A stretch of DNA of 64,000 nt from Narcine bancroftii (Eukaryota). The stretch covers positions 79,856,001-79,920,000 of the forward strand of contig NC_091479.1 in assembly GCF_036971445.1 (NCBI RefSeq), written 5' to 3'. The position numbers were made by a program, and so were the translations under genes. The notes beneath the pieces were generated by a model. It was not told the origin of the DNA. It worked only from the letters and a program-made list of their open reading frames with translations, and ran no database searches. Below are positions 24,778-38,910 of the stretch, piece after piece (within the stretch, counting starts at the first letter, position 1; the number at the start of each line of letters is the position of its first letter).

Positions 24778-25030
24778 GGGCAGCACGGTTGACACTAGCA
24801 GTTAGCACAACACCTTTACAGCTCAGCGATTGGGACCGATGTTCAAATCCCACGCTGTCTGTAAGGAGTTTGTACGTTCTTCCCGTGTCTGTATGGGTTT
24901 TCCCCAGGGGCTCTGGTTTCCTCCCACCATTCAAAATGTAATGGGGTGTAGGTTAATTGTGTGTAAATTGGGCAGCAAGGACTTATGAGCCAAAATGGCC
25001 TGTTACCGTGCTGTATGTCTAAATTTAAAT
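24778..25030 (+). mobile_element. Full-length tRNA-derived V-SINE (HE1-like)
   Basis: tRNA-like head with B box GTTCAAATCC, V-domain (ctgtaaggagtttgtacgttct...ggtttcctcccac) and a CR1-like tail. Confidence 0.88.
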
Positions 25031-25559
25031 GTAACTTCTAGAGAGTGCAGTGGAACATTAGTTTATGTATCTTCTATCAATATGAATGAAATTCCTTGAC
25101 GAGAACTATGTTCAGGAAAATAATATAGTTATTTATTCATTGTGGAAACTTGCTTCGTCGCAAGTATCAATGCCCTAAAACAACTGCTATGAGTTAACTG
25201 GGAATTCTTTCAATTTGTGAACCACTCGAGCTGGACTCAGTGCTTTCAGCCTTTGAATCATTTAATGACATTAGAATCAGGCATTTACATTTTCATTAAT
25301 GGCAGTATGGAATGGTAGTAGAACAATTTTACATTTTCATTTGCAAACTTTAAAAGTGATTGAATCTCAAAATCAGAAACAGTATCTTCAGATCTAGAAT
25401 TCTGCTGTTTGATCCAAGTCTGTGATGAGATCTCGGTGAGCATATTTTGGCGAGTAAATGCCTTTGCATAGCACAATTGATGACACCCTTTTTGTGGCTG
25501 CTGGTTTTGAGCAGGCAGGTAATTAGGATTGAGCCTGACTAAGGCAATTAGGCAATGAG

Positions 25560-28500
25560 TCTGGCACTGTGACGCAGAAGGTGAAGAAGCAAGCAGTTGT
25601 GATCAGCAATTCTATTGTGAGGAGGGTGAAAAAGAGATTCTGTGGGCCTAATAGACACCCGGATGGTATGTTGCCTCCCAGGTGCTAGGGTACGGGATGT
25701 CTGATTGGGTCTAAAACGTTCTGAGGAGAAAGAGTGAACAGCCAGAAGTCTTGGTACTTGTGGGTACCAGTGACATAGGAAAGATCAGCATGGATGTCCT
25801 GAAGGGAAAATACAAGGAATTAGGAAGGAAATTGAGAACCAGGACCTCCTGTCTGGTATTCTCAAGATTACTGCATGTGGCTGAGAAACTGGTGCAGAGG
25901 GCAGGGTTTTATATTCTTGGATCACTGGGATCACTTTTGAAGAAGGTACGATCTATACAAAACACCTAAACCCAAAGGGGTCCAATATCCTGGCAGGATA
26001 TGGATGTTAAGGAAGATTTAAACTAATTTTACAGGGGGATGGGAACCAGAATGTCAGAGCTGATGAATGGCAAAATAGAAATAAAGCAAAGATAGTGTGC
26101 AGGAAGGATGACAAGTAGGTGATGGGACAAAATTTCAGACGGAAGGATGATAGAGATTCAGTGCATACAAAAACTGGTCTAAAGGTATTATACTTATATT
26201 AGAAACAGAGTGGATGATGTTGAAATAGGTACAGTTACAGATTAGAGGATACAATGTTGTGATATTACTGAGTCGTGGCTAAAGGATGGACATCATTAGT
26301 AGCTGAGTGTCCAAGGATACACAGTGTATCAGAAGGATGGGTGGGGGGGGGGTGTCGTGGCTCTGCTGAGATAAACAGCATCAAATCATTGGAAAGAAGT
26401 GACATAGGATCAGAAAAGGTAGAATCCTTATGGGTTAAGTTAAGGAACGATAAAGGTAAAAGGACCTCATGACAGTTATATATAGCCAGGATGTGGACTA
26501 CAACCTACAACAGGAAATGTCAGAAGCACAGCGATAAAATAATCATGGTGGATTTTAACATGAAAATAGATTGGGAAAGTCCGGTCGGTACGGGATCCAA
26601 GGAAGGAGAGTTATGGGATGGCTTCTTGGTGCAGCTTGTTGATGAGCCCACCAGGGAATCTGCTGTTTTGGATTGGGTGCTACTTAATGAACCAGAGGTG
26701 ATTACAGCTTAAGGTAAAGGGATCCTTAGGAGGCTGTGATCACCATATGATTTGAGTTCACTGAAATTTGAAAAGGAAAGACTAAAGTCCGATGTGTCGA
26801 TATTTCAGTGGAGTAAAGAAAATTATAGTTGCATGAGAAGGGAACTGGCCAAAGTTGATTGGAAAAGCACGCTATTAGGGAAGACAGCAGATCAGGAATG
26901 GCTGGAGTTTCTGCAAAATAATGAGGAAAGTGCAGGACCGATACAAACCAAAATGAAAGAAAGTTATGAATGGAAAAACGAGACTATAATGGCTGACAAG
27001 GGAAGTTAAAGCCAAAGTAAAAGCAAAAAAGAGGGCATACAAGGAAGCAAAAATTAGTGGGAAGATCGAGGACTGGGAAGCTTTTAAAAACAGAAGACAA
27101 CTAAGAGGTGATTAAGAAGGAAAAGAGAAATTGTGAAAGGAGGTTAGCGAATAATATCAAAAAGGATTCTAAAAACTTTTTAAGTACATAAAGAGAAAAA
27201 GACATAGGACCATTTAAAAAGACATTGGAGAGATTGTAATGGGAGACAAAGAGATGGCAGAGGAACTGAATTAATATTTTGGCTCAGCCTTTACAGTAGA
27301 AGATGGTAGTTTATTGGACTCTCAAGGGTCTCTGTGAAGTGAGTGTTGTCAAGATCATAAGAGAGAAGATGCTTGGGAAGCTAAATGGTCTAAGGGTAGA
27401 CGAGTCTCCCAGATTGGATAGAATGCACCCTTGAGTTCTGAAGGAGGCTGCTGCAGAGATTGTGGAGGCACTGGTAAAGATCTTCCAGGAATTGATGGAT
27501 TCTGGCATTCCAGAGGACTATAGATTCGCAAATGTCTCTCTGCTGTTTAAAAGGGAAGGAGGCAACAGAAAGGAAACTAGAGACCTATTAATCTGATGTT
27601 GGTGGTGGGGAAGATGTTGGAATCCATTGTCAAAGATGAAGTTAAGGAGAAACTAGAGGAGCATCAGAAGATAGGTTTGTCAGCATGGTTTCCTTAAAGG
27701 AAAATCATGGTTGACAAACCGACTACTATTTTTTGAGGAGATAACAAATAGGATAGACAGGGGAGAAGCAGTGGATCTTGTATACTTGGACTTTCAAAAG
27801 GCCTTTGAAAAGGTGCCACATACGAGGCTGCTTAACAAGATGAGAACTCATGGAATTACAGGAAAGATATTAACATGGCCAGAGTATTGGATAATGGGCA
27901 GGAAACAGAGTGGGAATAAGAGGATCCTATTCAGGTTGGTTGCCTGTACTAGTGGTGTTCTTCAGGGGTCGGTGTTGGGGCTACGTCTTTTTTTACGTTG
28001 TATATAAATGATTTGAATAATGCAATAGATAGCTTTGTAGCTAAATTTGCAGATGACACCAAAATAGGTGGTAGAACTGGTGGGCTATGGGCACAGAAAG
28101 GCTGCAGAGAGACTTGGATAGATAGAAGAACAGGCAAAGAGATGGCAGATCAAATCCCATGTTGGGAAGTGTACACTTTGGTAGAAGAAATGGACGGGCA
28201 AACTATTTTTTAGATGGGTATAAAATTCAAAATTTAGAGGTGCAAAGTCCTAGTGCAGGATACAGTAGAGGTTAACATCCAGGTTGAGTCGGCAGTGAAG
28301 AAACTGAATGCAATGCTGGTGTTCATTTCTAGAGGAGTAGCATATAAGAGCAGGGATGTGATTATGAGACCTCATTTGGAGTAAAACAGAAATGCGGAGA
28401 AATTTCTTTAGCCAGGGGATCGTGAGTCTGTGGAACTTGTCAAAGACAGTAGTGGAAGCGAGGTTGTTGAATGTATTTAAGACAGAAATTGACTGGTAAC

Positions 28501-29230
28501 TGATTAGTCAGGGCATCAAGGATTGTGGGGAGAAGGCTGGGGAGTGGGGCTGAGTGATAAGGATTCTTTGGCTTGGCTTCGCGGACGAAGATTTATGGAG
28601 GGGGTAAAAAGTCCACGTCAGCTGCAGGCTCGTTTGTGGCTGACAAGTCCGATGCGGGACAGGCAGACACGATTGCAGCGGTTGCAAGGGAAAATTGGTT
28701 GGTTGGGGTTGGGTGTTGGGTTTTTCCTCCTTTGCCTTTTGTCAGTGAGGTGGGCTCTGCGGTCTTCTTCAAAGGAGGTTGCTGCCCGCCAAACTGTGAG
28801 GTGCCAAGATGCACGGTTTGAGGCGTTATCAGCCCACTGGCGGTGGTCAATGTGGCAGGCACCAAGAGATTTCTTTAGGCAGTCCTTGTACCTTTTCTTT
28901 GGTGCACCTCTGTCACGGTGGCCAGTGGAGAGCTCGCCATATAACACGATCTTGGGAAGGCGATGGTCCTCCATTCTGGAGACGTGACCCATCCAGCTCA
29001 GCTGGATCTTCAGCAGCGTGGACTCGATGCTGTCGACCTCTGCCATCTCGAGTACTTCGACGTTAGGGGTGTAAGCGCTCCAATGGATGTTGAGGATGGA
29101 GCGGAGACAACGCTGGTGGAAGCGTTCTAGGAGCCGTAGGTGGTCTCATGGTAGGATTAGCTCATGGTTAAATAGCAGAGTAGACCCAGCGGGCCGATTG
29201 GCCTACATCTGGTCTTGTATCTTGTGATTT
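25560..29230 (+). mobile_element. Long degenerate CR1 LINE (ORF1 esterase-like remnant plus ORF2), interrupted by an RTE near its 3' end
   Basis: CCLPGARVRDV and VGTSDI (ORF1), then LDWVL, YLDFQKAF and KFADDTKIGG (ORF2), with many stops. The 3' tail resumes at about 29150-29230. Confidence 0.88.
28565..29143 (-). mobile_element. Young RTE LINE 3' fragment nested in CR1
   Basis: Nearly identical to 3782-4360; ORF 28618-29046. Confidence 0.93.
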
Positions 29231-29785
29231 GTCCGATTAGGACACATCTGAACCGATAGATGCCAATATTGCAACTATTGGAAATACTTGGCTCAACACA
29301 CAGCCAATTTTGAAGTTATCGCTGCACCCCTTCAAAAGTCTTTCCGGGATGTGATGTACAGCACACTCCAGGATTTTTTATTTAGATACCCATGGCATAA
29401 TCTTTCCATAATATCTAGCTCTGTATGATTCATTGAATTTGGAGACGTGAATATTGAAGATGAAGAGAAACCCTATGGGAGTGGAGAAGACAAGTGCAGA
29501 AGTGTGGAAAACAGAATGGACCACAGTTGAAAGTGTTGTCAACAATGATAGAGGGAGACCACAGATGAGCTGAAAAGACTATCTTTTATACGCATAGATG
29601 TAGAACTCATCAGAACAAATACAATTGAGCTGGACAAACTGGGAGATTTTATTGGCTTTTTTTATAGAAAGCAAGGTGAGGGAGGTGGTGTATTCAAGAT
29701 GACTGACCTCTCATCCCCTTTCCATGCCACATAAAACATTCTTGATTTCTATATTCTCTCCGTTCCAATGAAAGGTCATCAATCT

Positions 29786-30060
29786 GACAGTTGTAAACAC
29801 TAGAGGGCATCTGTTTAAGGTGAGTGAAGGAAAGTTTAGGAGAGATGTCAAAGGTTTTTTTTTACTTAAGAGTGGTGGGTGCCTTGAATGTATTGTTGGA
29901 GATGGTGGTGGAGGCTGGTACAATAGGGGCATTCAAAAGACTCTGATAGGCACATGGATGTCAGAAAAATAGAGGATTATAGGTAAGAGGTAGGGAAAAT
30001 TAGATTGTTGTGAAGTAGATTTACATAGGTTGGCGCAACATTATAGGCTGAAGGGTCTGA
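29786..30060 (+). mobile_element. CR1 3'-end fragment
   Basis: actagagggcat..tttaaggtg..ggaaagtttagg..gagtggtgggtgcc, typical of a CR1 3' region. Confidence 0.7.
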
Positions 30061-30718
30061 AAAAATTAACTATAATTTCACAGAATAATTTGCAGAATAT
30101 GCAAGTGATTTTTTTTTGGCTGTTCTTTTATAGGCATGATTAACACTGACTGATTCATGGGGCACAATTACCACATGCTGCCAATTTGGATTTCCCCCCA
30201 TTATCTGGCTGCTCAACCAATTTATTAAAAAACTCTTACCAATTTAATTTCAATTTCAAGAGCTTCAATTTTTAGCTACGTCTTGGATTATGGACTTTAA
30301 TGTTGTTTTTGAAAAGAAAATGTCAATTGATATTTAGTCAAATTGTAGTTATCCCTACAAAAATGTTGATCAAGCTAATGAAGAAGAGAGAACCTACTGA
30401 TATCATAACTTCAATACAGTTTCTGGTTACCAAAGAGCTTGATCTCAGAAAAATATACAAGTGTCACGCCACTTAATTGCATTTTCATTGAAAAGCTCAA
30501 CTCTCTTATTATTGCTGCTTCAATTTTAAATAACTTCATTTTAAGCTCATGGATAATCACAATATACAAATACAAAAATGCATAAAATCAAGATTTGATA
30601 TAGGTAACTGTTTACAGATACCCAGTCTCATTTGTTTTCCAGTGTTAAAAAAATCACCAAAGAAACTGAAATCAGTTAGTGCACAGAAAGGAACAACTTC
30701 ACTGTAGAAACTGAATAC

Positions 30719-30724
30719 TTTATT
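30719..30724 (-). terminator. Probable PRDM4 polyadenylation signal
   Basis: AATAAA on the minus strand about 1.08 kb after the stop, ending an AT-rich, repeat-free 3' UTR. Confidence 0.55.
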
Positions 30725-31800
30725 TGTATGGATCAGTTTCTGAAGACATATTTAAATCACGAGATTAAATCTTTTGCCTATAGCATGAACAATGCTATCC
30801 TTTCCATTTGTATTTTATATATTACAGTTTGAATGGAATGTCGAGAGTAATGTTACAAATATTTACAATATATTATGTCTAGGTACTGATGTCTGTTATG
30901 TTTTACATTGCCTCCCTGTTTTGTACAAAATTATTGTATAGTCATTACAAAAAGAGGTATATAGTAAAGCTGAGATCCAATGAGTTAAAGTCTTAGTTTA
31001 GCTTTTAGATTATACTCAGCAGAAATGTGGAAATACTTTGTGACTTGGTACTCTCAGTTATGTTTGTGTAGGTTGGCATCTAGTTCCATATTCTTAAGGA
31101 AAAGTTTGTAATAATGAATTTTCTGAAATATTTCAACTCCTGATGAAACTAGAAATGTATACTGACTATGCAGTCCAGGGAAAACAAACTATTTAATACC
31201 TTCAGTGTTAAAACTCTTTCAATCTATTATGCATATTGATTAAACACCTTTTTGCCGGAAATACTATTAAATAGAAGTAGCAAGTGTTAATAGGATGATA
31301 AGTAGCTACTCAGTCAAGAAGGCAAAATACTGCTAGACATGGTGGCATCAGTGAAGTCACTGACCTGTCTTCAGTTGGTTGGCATTGAGATATATAATTC
31401 ATTGTATCATACATATAATTAAGGAACATTTGGAAAATATATAAAATTCAATGTTTAGATTGACTCTGTAGGAAACTCACCATTTTAGAATCTTGCTGAA
31501 TATGAAATAAGAAGATGCTCAGATGCAGGCTCCAAGCAAGCCACTTTGTTGCATTACTGTTGAATCATTCGCTGTTGCTCCAAATAGGATGTCAATCTTG
31601 CATATGATCAACTTAAATTTTAAAAAATTAGATTTTATGTCAATCATTTAGAACATTATAATTTGAGCTGCTATTAAACTCTTGCAACAATGAAAACTGA
31701 CATAAATCCATGAACAAGTTTTTGTTTAGAAGGGCAGATAGCATCTTCAAGTTCTGTCTCTGAATGAACAGCCATTAAAGCAATCTGCAATATACTAGTA

Positions 31801-32107
31801 CTATTGAGAACTGTCTTCTGTGGTGTAATCTTCATTAGTTAAACAGCAAGTCCCACTGCCAGCATGTAACATTTCATCTTCACTATCTACTTCCTCATCT
31901 TCTTCCTCTAGATCTTGTATAGGCAGGCATGTCTTGGAACCTTTGCAGATCTTTAGATGGCGAGTTAAATGATACTTTGTTAAGAATGCTTTTGAACATT
32001 TTTCACAGATGAAATCCCTTCTTCCTTCATGAGAATTCAGATGTTTCTTTAAGTGAGTTGTTCTCCAGAAGTGTTTGTCGCAATTTGGACACTTAATTTG
32101 CCGCTCT
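31801..32107 (-). CDS. PRDM4: PRDM4 last coding exon (zinc fingers and acidic tail)
   Basis: ERQIKCPNCDKHFWRTTHLKKHLNSHEGRRDFICEKCSKAFLTKYHLTRHLKICK...*, with a phase-2 acceptor. Confidence 0.96.
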
Positions 32108-32556
32108 CTACATGGAAAAAAGACCAGGTGAAATTTGTTCAATAAAATCCAATGCCTTTGGAAGAATAGCACTTAGAAATGTAATTCAAAAGCAATGCAG
32201 CTCACTCCTAAACTGCAACAACAATCAAACAAATCTAATAGCATTGAATGACATCACAATTACTGCATGCATTAAGTGAACAAAAATGTTGCCCTTGTAG
32301 CTCCCCCAGCGAAAACCACTGACTTTGAGGATTATAGCCCATTGTGGCTCAGGCTCGAAAGCTAAGTTTCTGTGCCTCACAAAGAAGATGCGTATTAAGT
32401 CAGGCTGACTCGCAAGTGAAGAATTAAAAGAACGTTGCATTTTCATAGCTACAGTGTTTTGAAGAGACGTTAAATTGAGTCTTTGCACTTAATTGATATG
32501 AACGATCCTGTGATGTTTTTCAAAGGAGTAACAAGGTAGCTTTGCTGATGACTTAC

Positions 32557-32725
32557 TGTGTATGGGTCACTATGTGTTGGCGGAGATCTTGACGTCGCAT
32601 GAACATTTTGTCACAATAATCACACTTCAAGTTCTTCTCTCCTGTGTGGATGATCATGTGCGAGGCCAGGTGAGCCTTCTGGGTAAAAGATTTGTCGCAC
32701 ATTTCACAGCGATAGTTTTTTTGAC
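32557..32725 (-). CDS. PRDM4: PRDM4 exon, two C2H2 fingers
   Basis: GQKNYRCEMCDKSFTQKAHLASHMIIHTGEKNLKCDYCDKMFMRRQDLRQHIVTHT, 169 nt, AG/GTAAGT. Confidence 0.96.
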
Positions 32726-33709
32726 CTGGAAAAGAGACAATTATTTTAAACAGCTATATGAAGTTAAGGCACATCATTGCAATACATATATATTTTAAAT
32801 ATTGTTTTATATATTTAATTTTAAAAGGAGAACTTTTATTTGCATGTGGAAATCTTTTTCACCACTATAATTAATTTAGCTTTTGAAATGTTATTTCCTG
32901 TACACCACCTCTGCCACAGCTGGGTCCTATATCTGCCATTTTCTGTAAATAATTCTCTCTTCTCTTTTATGAGCCTCATCGAATATTACATTTAGTTTAT
33001 GGATTTGGCTTGCCATCATAATATTTCTATCTGTACACTCAACCTAGTGCTTTTGTGGAACGTGATATGTCTTGGAATATGTTCAATGTTAAAATGCACT
33101 TTATAAATCAAGTTATTGTGCCTTGTACCTTTCAGAACCAAGAATCTCAACAATTAATTACACTGTAGTTCAGATGTGAAATGTTCAACTTCAAAAATAA
33201 TTCTGCATGCAGCAAGTTTCCACACATACCAATAATGTTCATGACATTAGTTGAGAAGGAATGTGTGATTTACATTAAAGGGCTTTTGAAGTTCAATATG
33301 AGCCAGGTAGATGGACAACAGTGTCAACAATGTGCTCAAATCAACCTTAAACATCAATTATCCAGATTGCAAGATCATATTAGTATTCCAGGAAGGAGCA
33401 GTTATGCTGTATATTTATTACTGTACAGGGGGCTATATCTAACATTCACGCTCATTATTTCACAACCTGAGTTTAGTACAGAAATTTACAATTCCCCGAG
33501 TCACAAAAGGAATGTATCCTAGCTTATGTATCAATGATGAAAACTTGGAAGAATTAAATGTTGGGTTAAAAATTTGCCGAATAATTTCTCTCCAGATTTT
33601 TACTGTGCACAGAGAAAATTATAGGAACAAATGTTGAACAAAGTCCCTGAAAATTTATAGAGCCAAAGGCAAATTTAACAAGAAGCTCAGTATCAAATAG
33701 ATACCATAC

Positions 33710-33976
33710 CTGTGTGTATTTTGAGGTGGGTTCGCAGGTTGCTAGGGTCACTGAATGCCTTGCTGCAAAATTCACACTTGTGTGGCTTCATCCCCATGTG
33801 CCCCATCATGTGAACATTCAGTTTGGTGGAGGAGGTAAAAGCTCTTGGACAGATGGAGCATTTCCACTTCCTCTCTCGATTCTGTCCATGGCTGCTCAGA
33901 TGTGACTTCAGTTCACCGTATGTCTCATAAGCCTTCCCACAATGACACATGTGCACATCTGGATGCTCGGGAACCC
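33710..33976 (-). CDS. PRDM4: PRDM4 exon, C2H2 fingers
   Basis: [15 protein letters not shown]...[52 protein letters not shown], 267 nt, phase 1/1. Confidence 0.96.
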
Positions 33977-35229
33977 CTTCAACAAAATAGGTATACATTT
34001 CATTTCTCAAGTTCAGTGAATAAATTTTGGAACAGAATCACAAGCAATTGTTTTTTGTAATTTTTACATAGGAAAGGGGGGAAAGCCAGGATTTGTTGTT
34101 TGTTCTTATAACCTTACTTGAAGGTACTAGCATATTTCAGATTTAGATTTACTTCAGAGTACATACGAAGTACATCATATACAATCCTGAAATTCTTTTT
34201 CCTGTGGGCCAGGCAAAATGGGAATAAAGTAACTTAACTCTAGGTTTCCTCCATGAAACAATGTGAAATCCTATGTGGTCTTGCCTTAGTTTTTCATTTT
34301 TTTAATGTTTTCTTAGAATATAAAGGTGGGAAATTTGACCCTCATAAATCCATAGCCAGCTCTCAGAGCAATACCACTGCACCCATTCACCCACTTATTT
34401 TCCAGCAATCTCTTTTGTGCGTCATTCAATTGGGGTTAATAATAGTCAACTAACCTAATAACAAGCACATCTTTTGGATGTGGGAGGAACTTGGAGCATC
34501 CATTGGAAATCTACGCAGACACATTGAGAATGCAAACTCCATTGATGTCACTGGAAGTTCAGGATCCAACTGGGGTTGCCAGAGCTAATGAGGCAGCAAC
34601 ACCATTTTCTGTCCCATTCCTTAGGTGCCTAATTTCTGTCCTAATTATACATAATATGTTTGCAATTTATTCACGTATAAAGAGCAGATACAATTCTGAA
34701 TTGCCATAGGGAAGTGCAGCATGTGAAACGGGAAAATATTTGTACAGCATTAATCATCAACCAACTAATCAGCACCATCCCATTGCTCATAGTAAAGTGT
34801 AATGAAAATCAAAGGTTTGAAGACATAATATCACTTGCCTATTACAGTATGAAGCCTTATAAACACACACACAAAGGTATACAACGTTCACATCCACAAT
34901 CATATTTTAGTCGAGTTTCACAGCTCTTTGTGTGTATGGAACTAGAAAAAGATTGATGTGGGGGAGAAATGGCAAAATGAAGAAAAATCAGAAAGATTTT
35001 CATTCTTCAGTATAATAACTTTAAAGATTTCAGTACATTCAGGTATTTGACCACTTGATTATAACTACCTTGCTTTAACTGTGTCATAACAATTCATTTT
35101 GAGTTGGGAATAAACAGAGGTTGAACAGCTATAAAATTGTTAAAATTGCTTGGTGAAAATCCCAGAGTAATTGACTAATAGAAATATAACACCAGGGAAA
35201 AGCTAGTCTGATATTCCGGTTTCATTTAC

Positions 35230-35357
35230 CAAGTTGTCTTGCATAATCCCTGCTGTAGTAAAAGAGTAGCTCATGGTCAGGAGGGACCTCCCTGGATGTA
35301 CAAAAATAAATCTTCCCATTATGAGGATAGGCCACCAAATTTTGTTCTTCGCGAGTC
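35230..35357 (-). CDS. PRDM4: PRDM4 exon, PR/SET domain C-part
   Basis: TREEQNLVAYPHNGKIYFCTSREVPPDHELLFYYSRDYARQL, 128 nt. Confidence 0.96.
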
Positions 35358-35712
35358 CTAGAAAAAATGTTGTAACCTATTAATGTTTCAATGTTTATGC
35401 CCACAATAAATATATTCATAAATTACACTGCTAAATATAATTTAATTTTTAATGATAAAACTACAAATTGTCTTGAACAATTTACAAACAAATTATTCTA
35501 AGGCTGCGTGAATGTACAGAGACTGGTTGTGAATGGGTCAGCTTTCCATATTTTTATCTGATGTCAGAAAAAAATAGTTTTGATTGATCAGCAGGAAGGT
35601 TCAAGAGCTGGAGTTCCATTCAAGGCTGCTATAGCCTGGCAAGTCAATGATCTATATTTTTACAACCACACTGCTCACTTCCTTAAAGTGTGTATGGCAC
35701 AAATGGGCTCAC

Positions 35713-35798
35713 CTGGCTCTGTGTACAAACATCATCCAGTTACAGATGTTCTCATCTGCGGTGACTATTTGGAACTCCAGAACATAATTGCGAAATAT
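35713..35798 (-). CDS. PRDM4: PRDM4 exon, PR/SET domain
   Basis: IFRNYVLEFQIVTADENICNWMMFVHRAR, 86 nt, TAG acceptor and GTGAG donor. It is not in the ORF track. Confidence 0.94.
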
Positions 35799-36705
35799 CT
35801 AGATCAAATAACAAATAAATGGCAAAACATTCAGGAGCTATGTCTCAGCTATTTCATTTAAGACAAAACTAAAGTGGAATTTTTTTTTTTTTAAAAAGCT
35901 GGTCAATGGATAGCAAAAAAATGCATTCCCGCCTCAGATCTGCCAAATCTGATCCATAAATTTAACTGCATAGTAGTGCCTACACTCTGTTCTACAGATA
36001 AGACGTCCCATTCAGTTACTCATTTGAGCAAGTCAATTATCCCTTTAAAAATCCTATGATACTCTTCAGCCTTGATCTTGTCTTTTGTTGATTCATTCAC
36101 ATTTCTATATCACATGCATCTGTATTGTCTCAGGGTTTGGTCTTTAGCCTCTTGTTTCAAATGTGCATCAATTCATGCAACATTAAAGATGCTGGTCCAA
36201 AAAGGAGGTTCATTCAAATAAAATGTGGAAATCTGAAATGGAAACAGAAAATTCTGGAAATGAAAGGCTGACTTTTTTCTTTCTTTGTAGAGGATGCCTG
36301 AGTTGCTGCCAAATAATCAACATTTCCTGCTTCATTTCAGAGCTTCAAGATTCTGTTCATGTGTTTGCTTTGTTCATTAACGTTCTGCGATTGTTCAGAA
36401 TGATTGATACTGAGGTGAATAAGACTCCTTGTCTTGCATCCTTTTTCCTTGCTTAATTATCTGATGGACAAGAAATATTACACACATATATTTTGCATAT
36501 ACGATTACTGAAGGCACACACAATGACACTATTTGTTTATTCATTTCCATATGCAAATCCAAAATTCAGTTAGCAGTTTGTTCACATGGTTTTAGACACA
36601 AGGACATGTTCCTCCAAAACCTGCAGGGTTTTAGTGCCAACGTTTTAAAGTGTAATCAAGAACACGAAGAAAAATTATTTTATGGTAGATTTCAGTCATA
36701 CTAAC

Positions 36706-36824
36706 TTTCCAGATATTGGTGTTGCTTTTGCTTGACCAGTCAGTGATTTCCATCAAGTTAATTTGCTGTCCAATCAAAGGTCCAAAACAGGTGCGCACAG
36801 GAATTGTTTCTTGGCTCCACACAC
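36706..36824 (-). CDS. PRDM4: PRDM4 exon, PR/SET domain N-part
   Basis: GVWSQETIPVRTCFGPLIGQQ...NIWK, 119 nt. Confidence 0.95.
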
Positions 36825-37927
36825 CTGCCAAGGATCAGATACAACGAGTGAACTATGACAAATTTAGTGTAAAACCGCCCATGTTTGCAACAAACTAAGT
36901 TAAACTGTTTGCTGTTACAAGTCTCAGTAAAAACATGCAGTTAAAGATTGGTGTGCCAATTGTGAGGACAGGTCACTAGTGAGTGAATTCACTGAGCACT
37001 AGGCAGTAGCAGTGAATAGGGAAAGTGCAAATCAGTGAAATACAGGCTAAGCTCAAGGGCAATTTCTGTGATCTGACATTGTCAGTGTCCTGGGTAAATC
37101 CGTGCATTGGAGAAATTTCCATGTAATGCTGTCAATGTGTTAGGATATCAGTGTGAGAGGACATCTGAATGAAAATGATCATGCACTGCAACAATCTCAG
37201 ACACAGTAGGTGCTCTGAGATACAATCAGTGCTCTGAGACAATCTCAGTGAGACACAGTCACTGCTTAGGACAATCTCAGTGAGGCAATAAATAAAGAAT
37301 CTGGTTAGGAAAATCATTAACATTGGTGAATCTTGTGGATAATAATTTTTATAACAAGTTTGGTGTGCAAGGCCATTTTATCAGACTTAACAATTTGGAC
37401 CATGATATCAGAATATCAATGTCAGAGGGCCTCACATCAAACTGGAAATGGACGATGTGGAACAAGCATCTTAATGCACCAATTTAAGCACATTACAATT
37501 TACAATTCAAGGATGAATCTAATGGACAATGGAAGACTTAGAGGATGGCATCAACTGGTTGATGAATAGAATAGAAATAAGCTAGGTTTGGACAGTATAT
37601 AACCCAGCTGGGTTTGGTGTGAAGAGTGGCTGATTTAGTGGAAGCTCCACATTGTAAAGTGGATTTGAGGGACATTGGAAATAGCCAATGTTGCCATAAG
37701 CATTTTAAAATAATGCTTTTCACAGGATCAAAATTCAATTTCCTTAAAAAAAATTGTGCAATATTCTCCTACGGAAATAAACAATGCACAAGAACCATGT
37801 CAAATATTAAAATTATATGAACTATCAAGTCTATAAACATATTGTCCAGCAGCCGACATGATTTTCACGACATAAATTCTAGAAGATTCTGAAAATAATC
37901 CTTAAGATGGCAAAACCTCCCGCATAC

Positions 37928-38077
37928 CAATATCTTCTCCAGTGATGGACTGCCTGAGGGTCAGTTGTCTTGGAATCGAGAGTCTGGCTCGGCTGTTGAC
38001 TGGTGTGTCTGGAATGAAGGTCACTGCTCCATGTTCAGGACAGTCTGCAGGGTAGGCCCGATCGCACAGAGTACACC
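37928..38077 (-). CDS. PRDM4: PRDM4 exon, zinc knuckle
   Basis: WCTLCDRAYPADCPEHGAVTFIPDTPVNSRARLSIPRQLTLRQS, 150 nt, phase 1/1. Confidence 0.96.
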
Positions 38078-38344
38078 CTGAAGGACAGGGAATAAAAAGA
38101 GAGTAATACCCATGCTAAACATTTTAATAATTCCTATTAACAGTTCAGATAATGGTGTGTAGTTGCCAGCTGCCAAATCTGTGACCAGCAGGATAAAATA
38201 ATAACAAAAATTACTTTTACAACCTTTAGTATAGTTAAACCACCATAGCTTTTCATGTATACATTATCAAAAAAAGTTTAATGCTATGTCACATGGGGAA
38301 ACATGAAAGAAGATAATCAAAGCAGAACTAAAAGAGGTGTTTTT

Positions 38345-38910
38345 TAAAGATACAGCTTCCCTGAGCACCTTTGCTCTGTATGCATTAGTGACAAGGATTT
38401 CCCTGTCAACCATTTCACTTCTGCGTTCCACTACCGTGCCGACATGTACGTCCATGGTCTCTTGTACTGTCAACCAACTCCACCCATAAATTAGAGGAGC
38501 AACACCTAATTTTCTGTCTGGACACTCTTTAACTGGATAGCATCAACATCGACTTCTCCAGTTTCTGCTGGCCTATTCCCCATTCTCCCTCTCTTCCCCA
38601 CCACTCTGTCTTCTTTCCTCCAGCTCTCCACCCTCTTCTCTCTCCCTTCAGATAGCCACCCCCTCCCCCTGTTTGCTGGGGTGCCCTCCCTCCCTTGTCC
38701 ACCTATTACCTCCTGACTGTGGGACTGTACTCCTCCCCTACTATTTTGTTTGGGAACCTGCCTATCTTTTGCTAATACAGTACCTTGATGAAGGGCTGAA
38801 GCCCAATATGTTGGTTATGTAACTTTATGTTTGCAATATACTATTTGACTCACTTGGTTTCTCTAGCATTGTTTTTACTTCAATCACAGTGTAAGCAGAC
38901 TTTTGTACTT
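38345..38910 (+). mobile_element. Penelope-like element 3' end
   Basis: LEEQHLIFCL..L...G.NIDF-type GIY-YIG C-terminus remnant, a pyrimidine-rich tract and a typical terminal segment. Confidence 0.7.

Noticed and set aside
24778-24860. tRNA gene
   Set aside because: It is the tRNA-derived head of a V-SINE, followed by the V-domain and LINE-like tail, and has no full cloverleaf.
32505-32552. C/D-box snoRNA-like TGATG...CTGA in a PRDM4 intron
   Set aside because: It lies on the strand opposite the host gene, is too short, has an imperfect C box and overlaps the splice donor region.
38783-38815. Possible Penelope-associated minimal hammerhead ribozyme (also reversed at about 49830-49855)
   Set aside because: Stem II (gggc-tgaa-gccc) is present, but the catalytic boxes read TTGATGA/AATA instead of CTGANGA/GAAA. 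It is at best a dead remnant.
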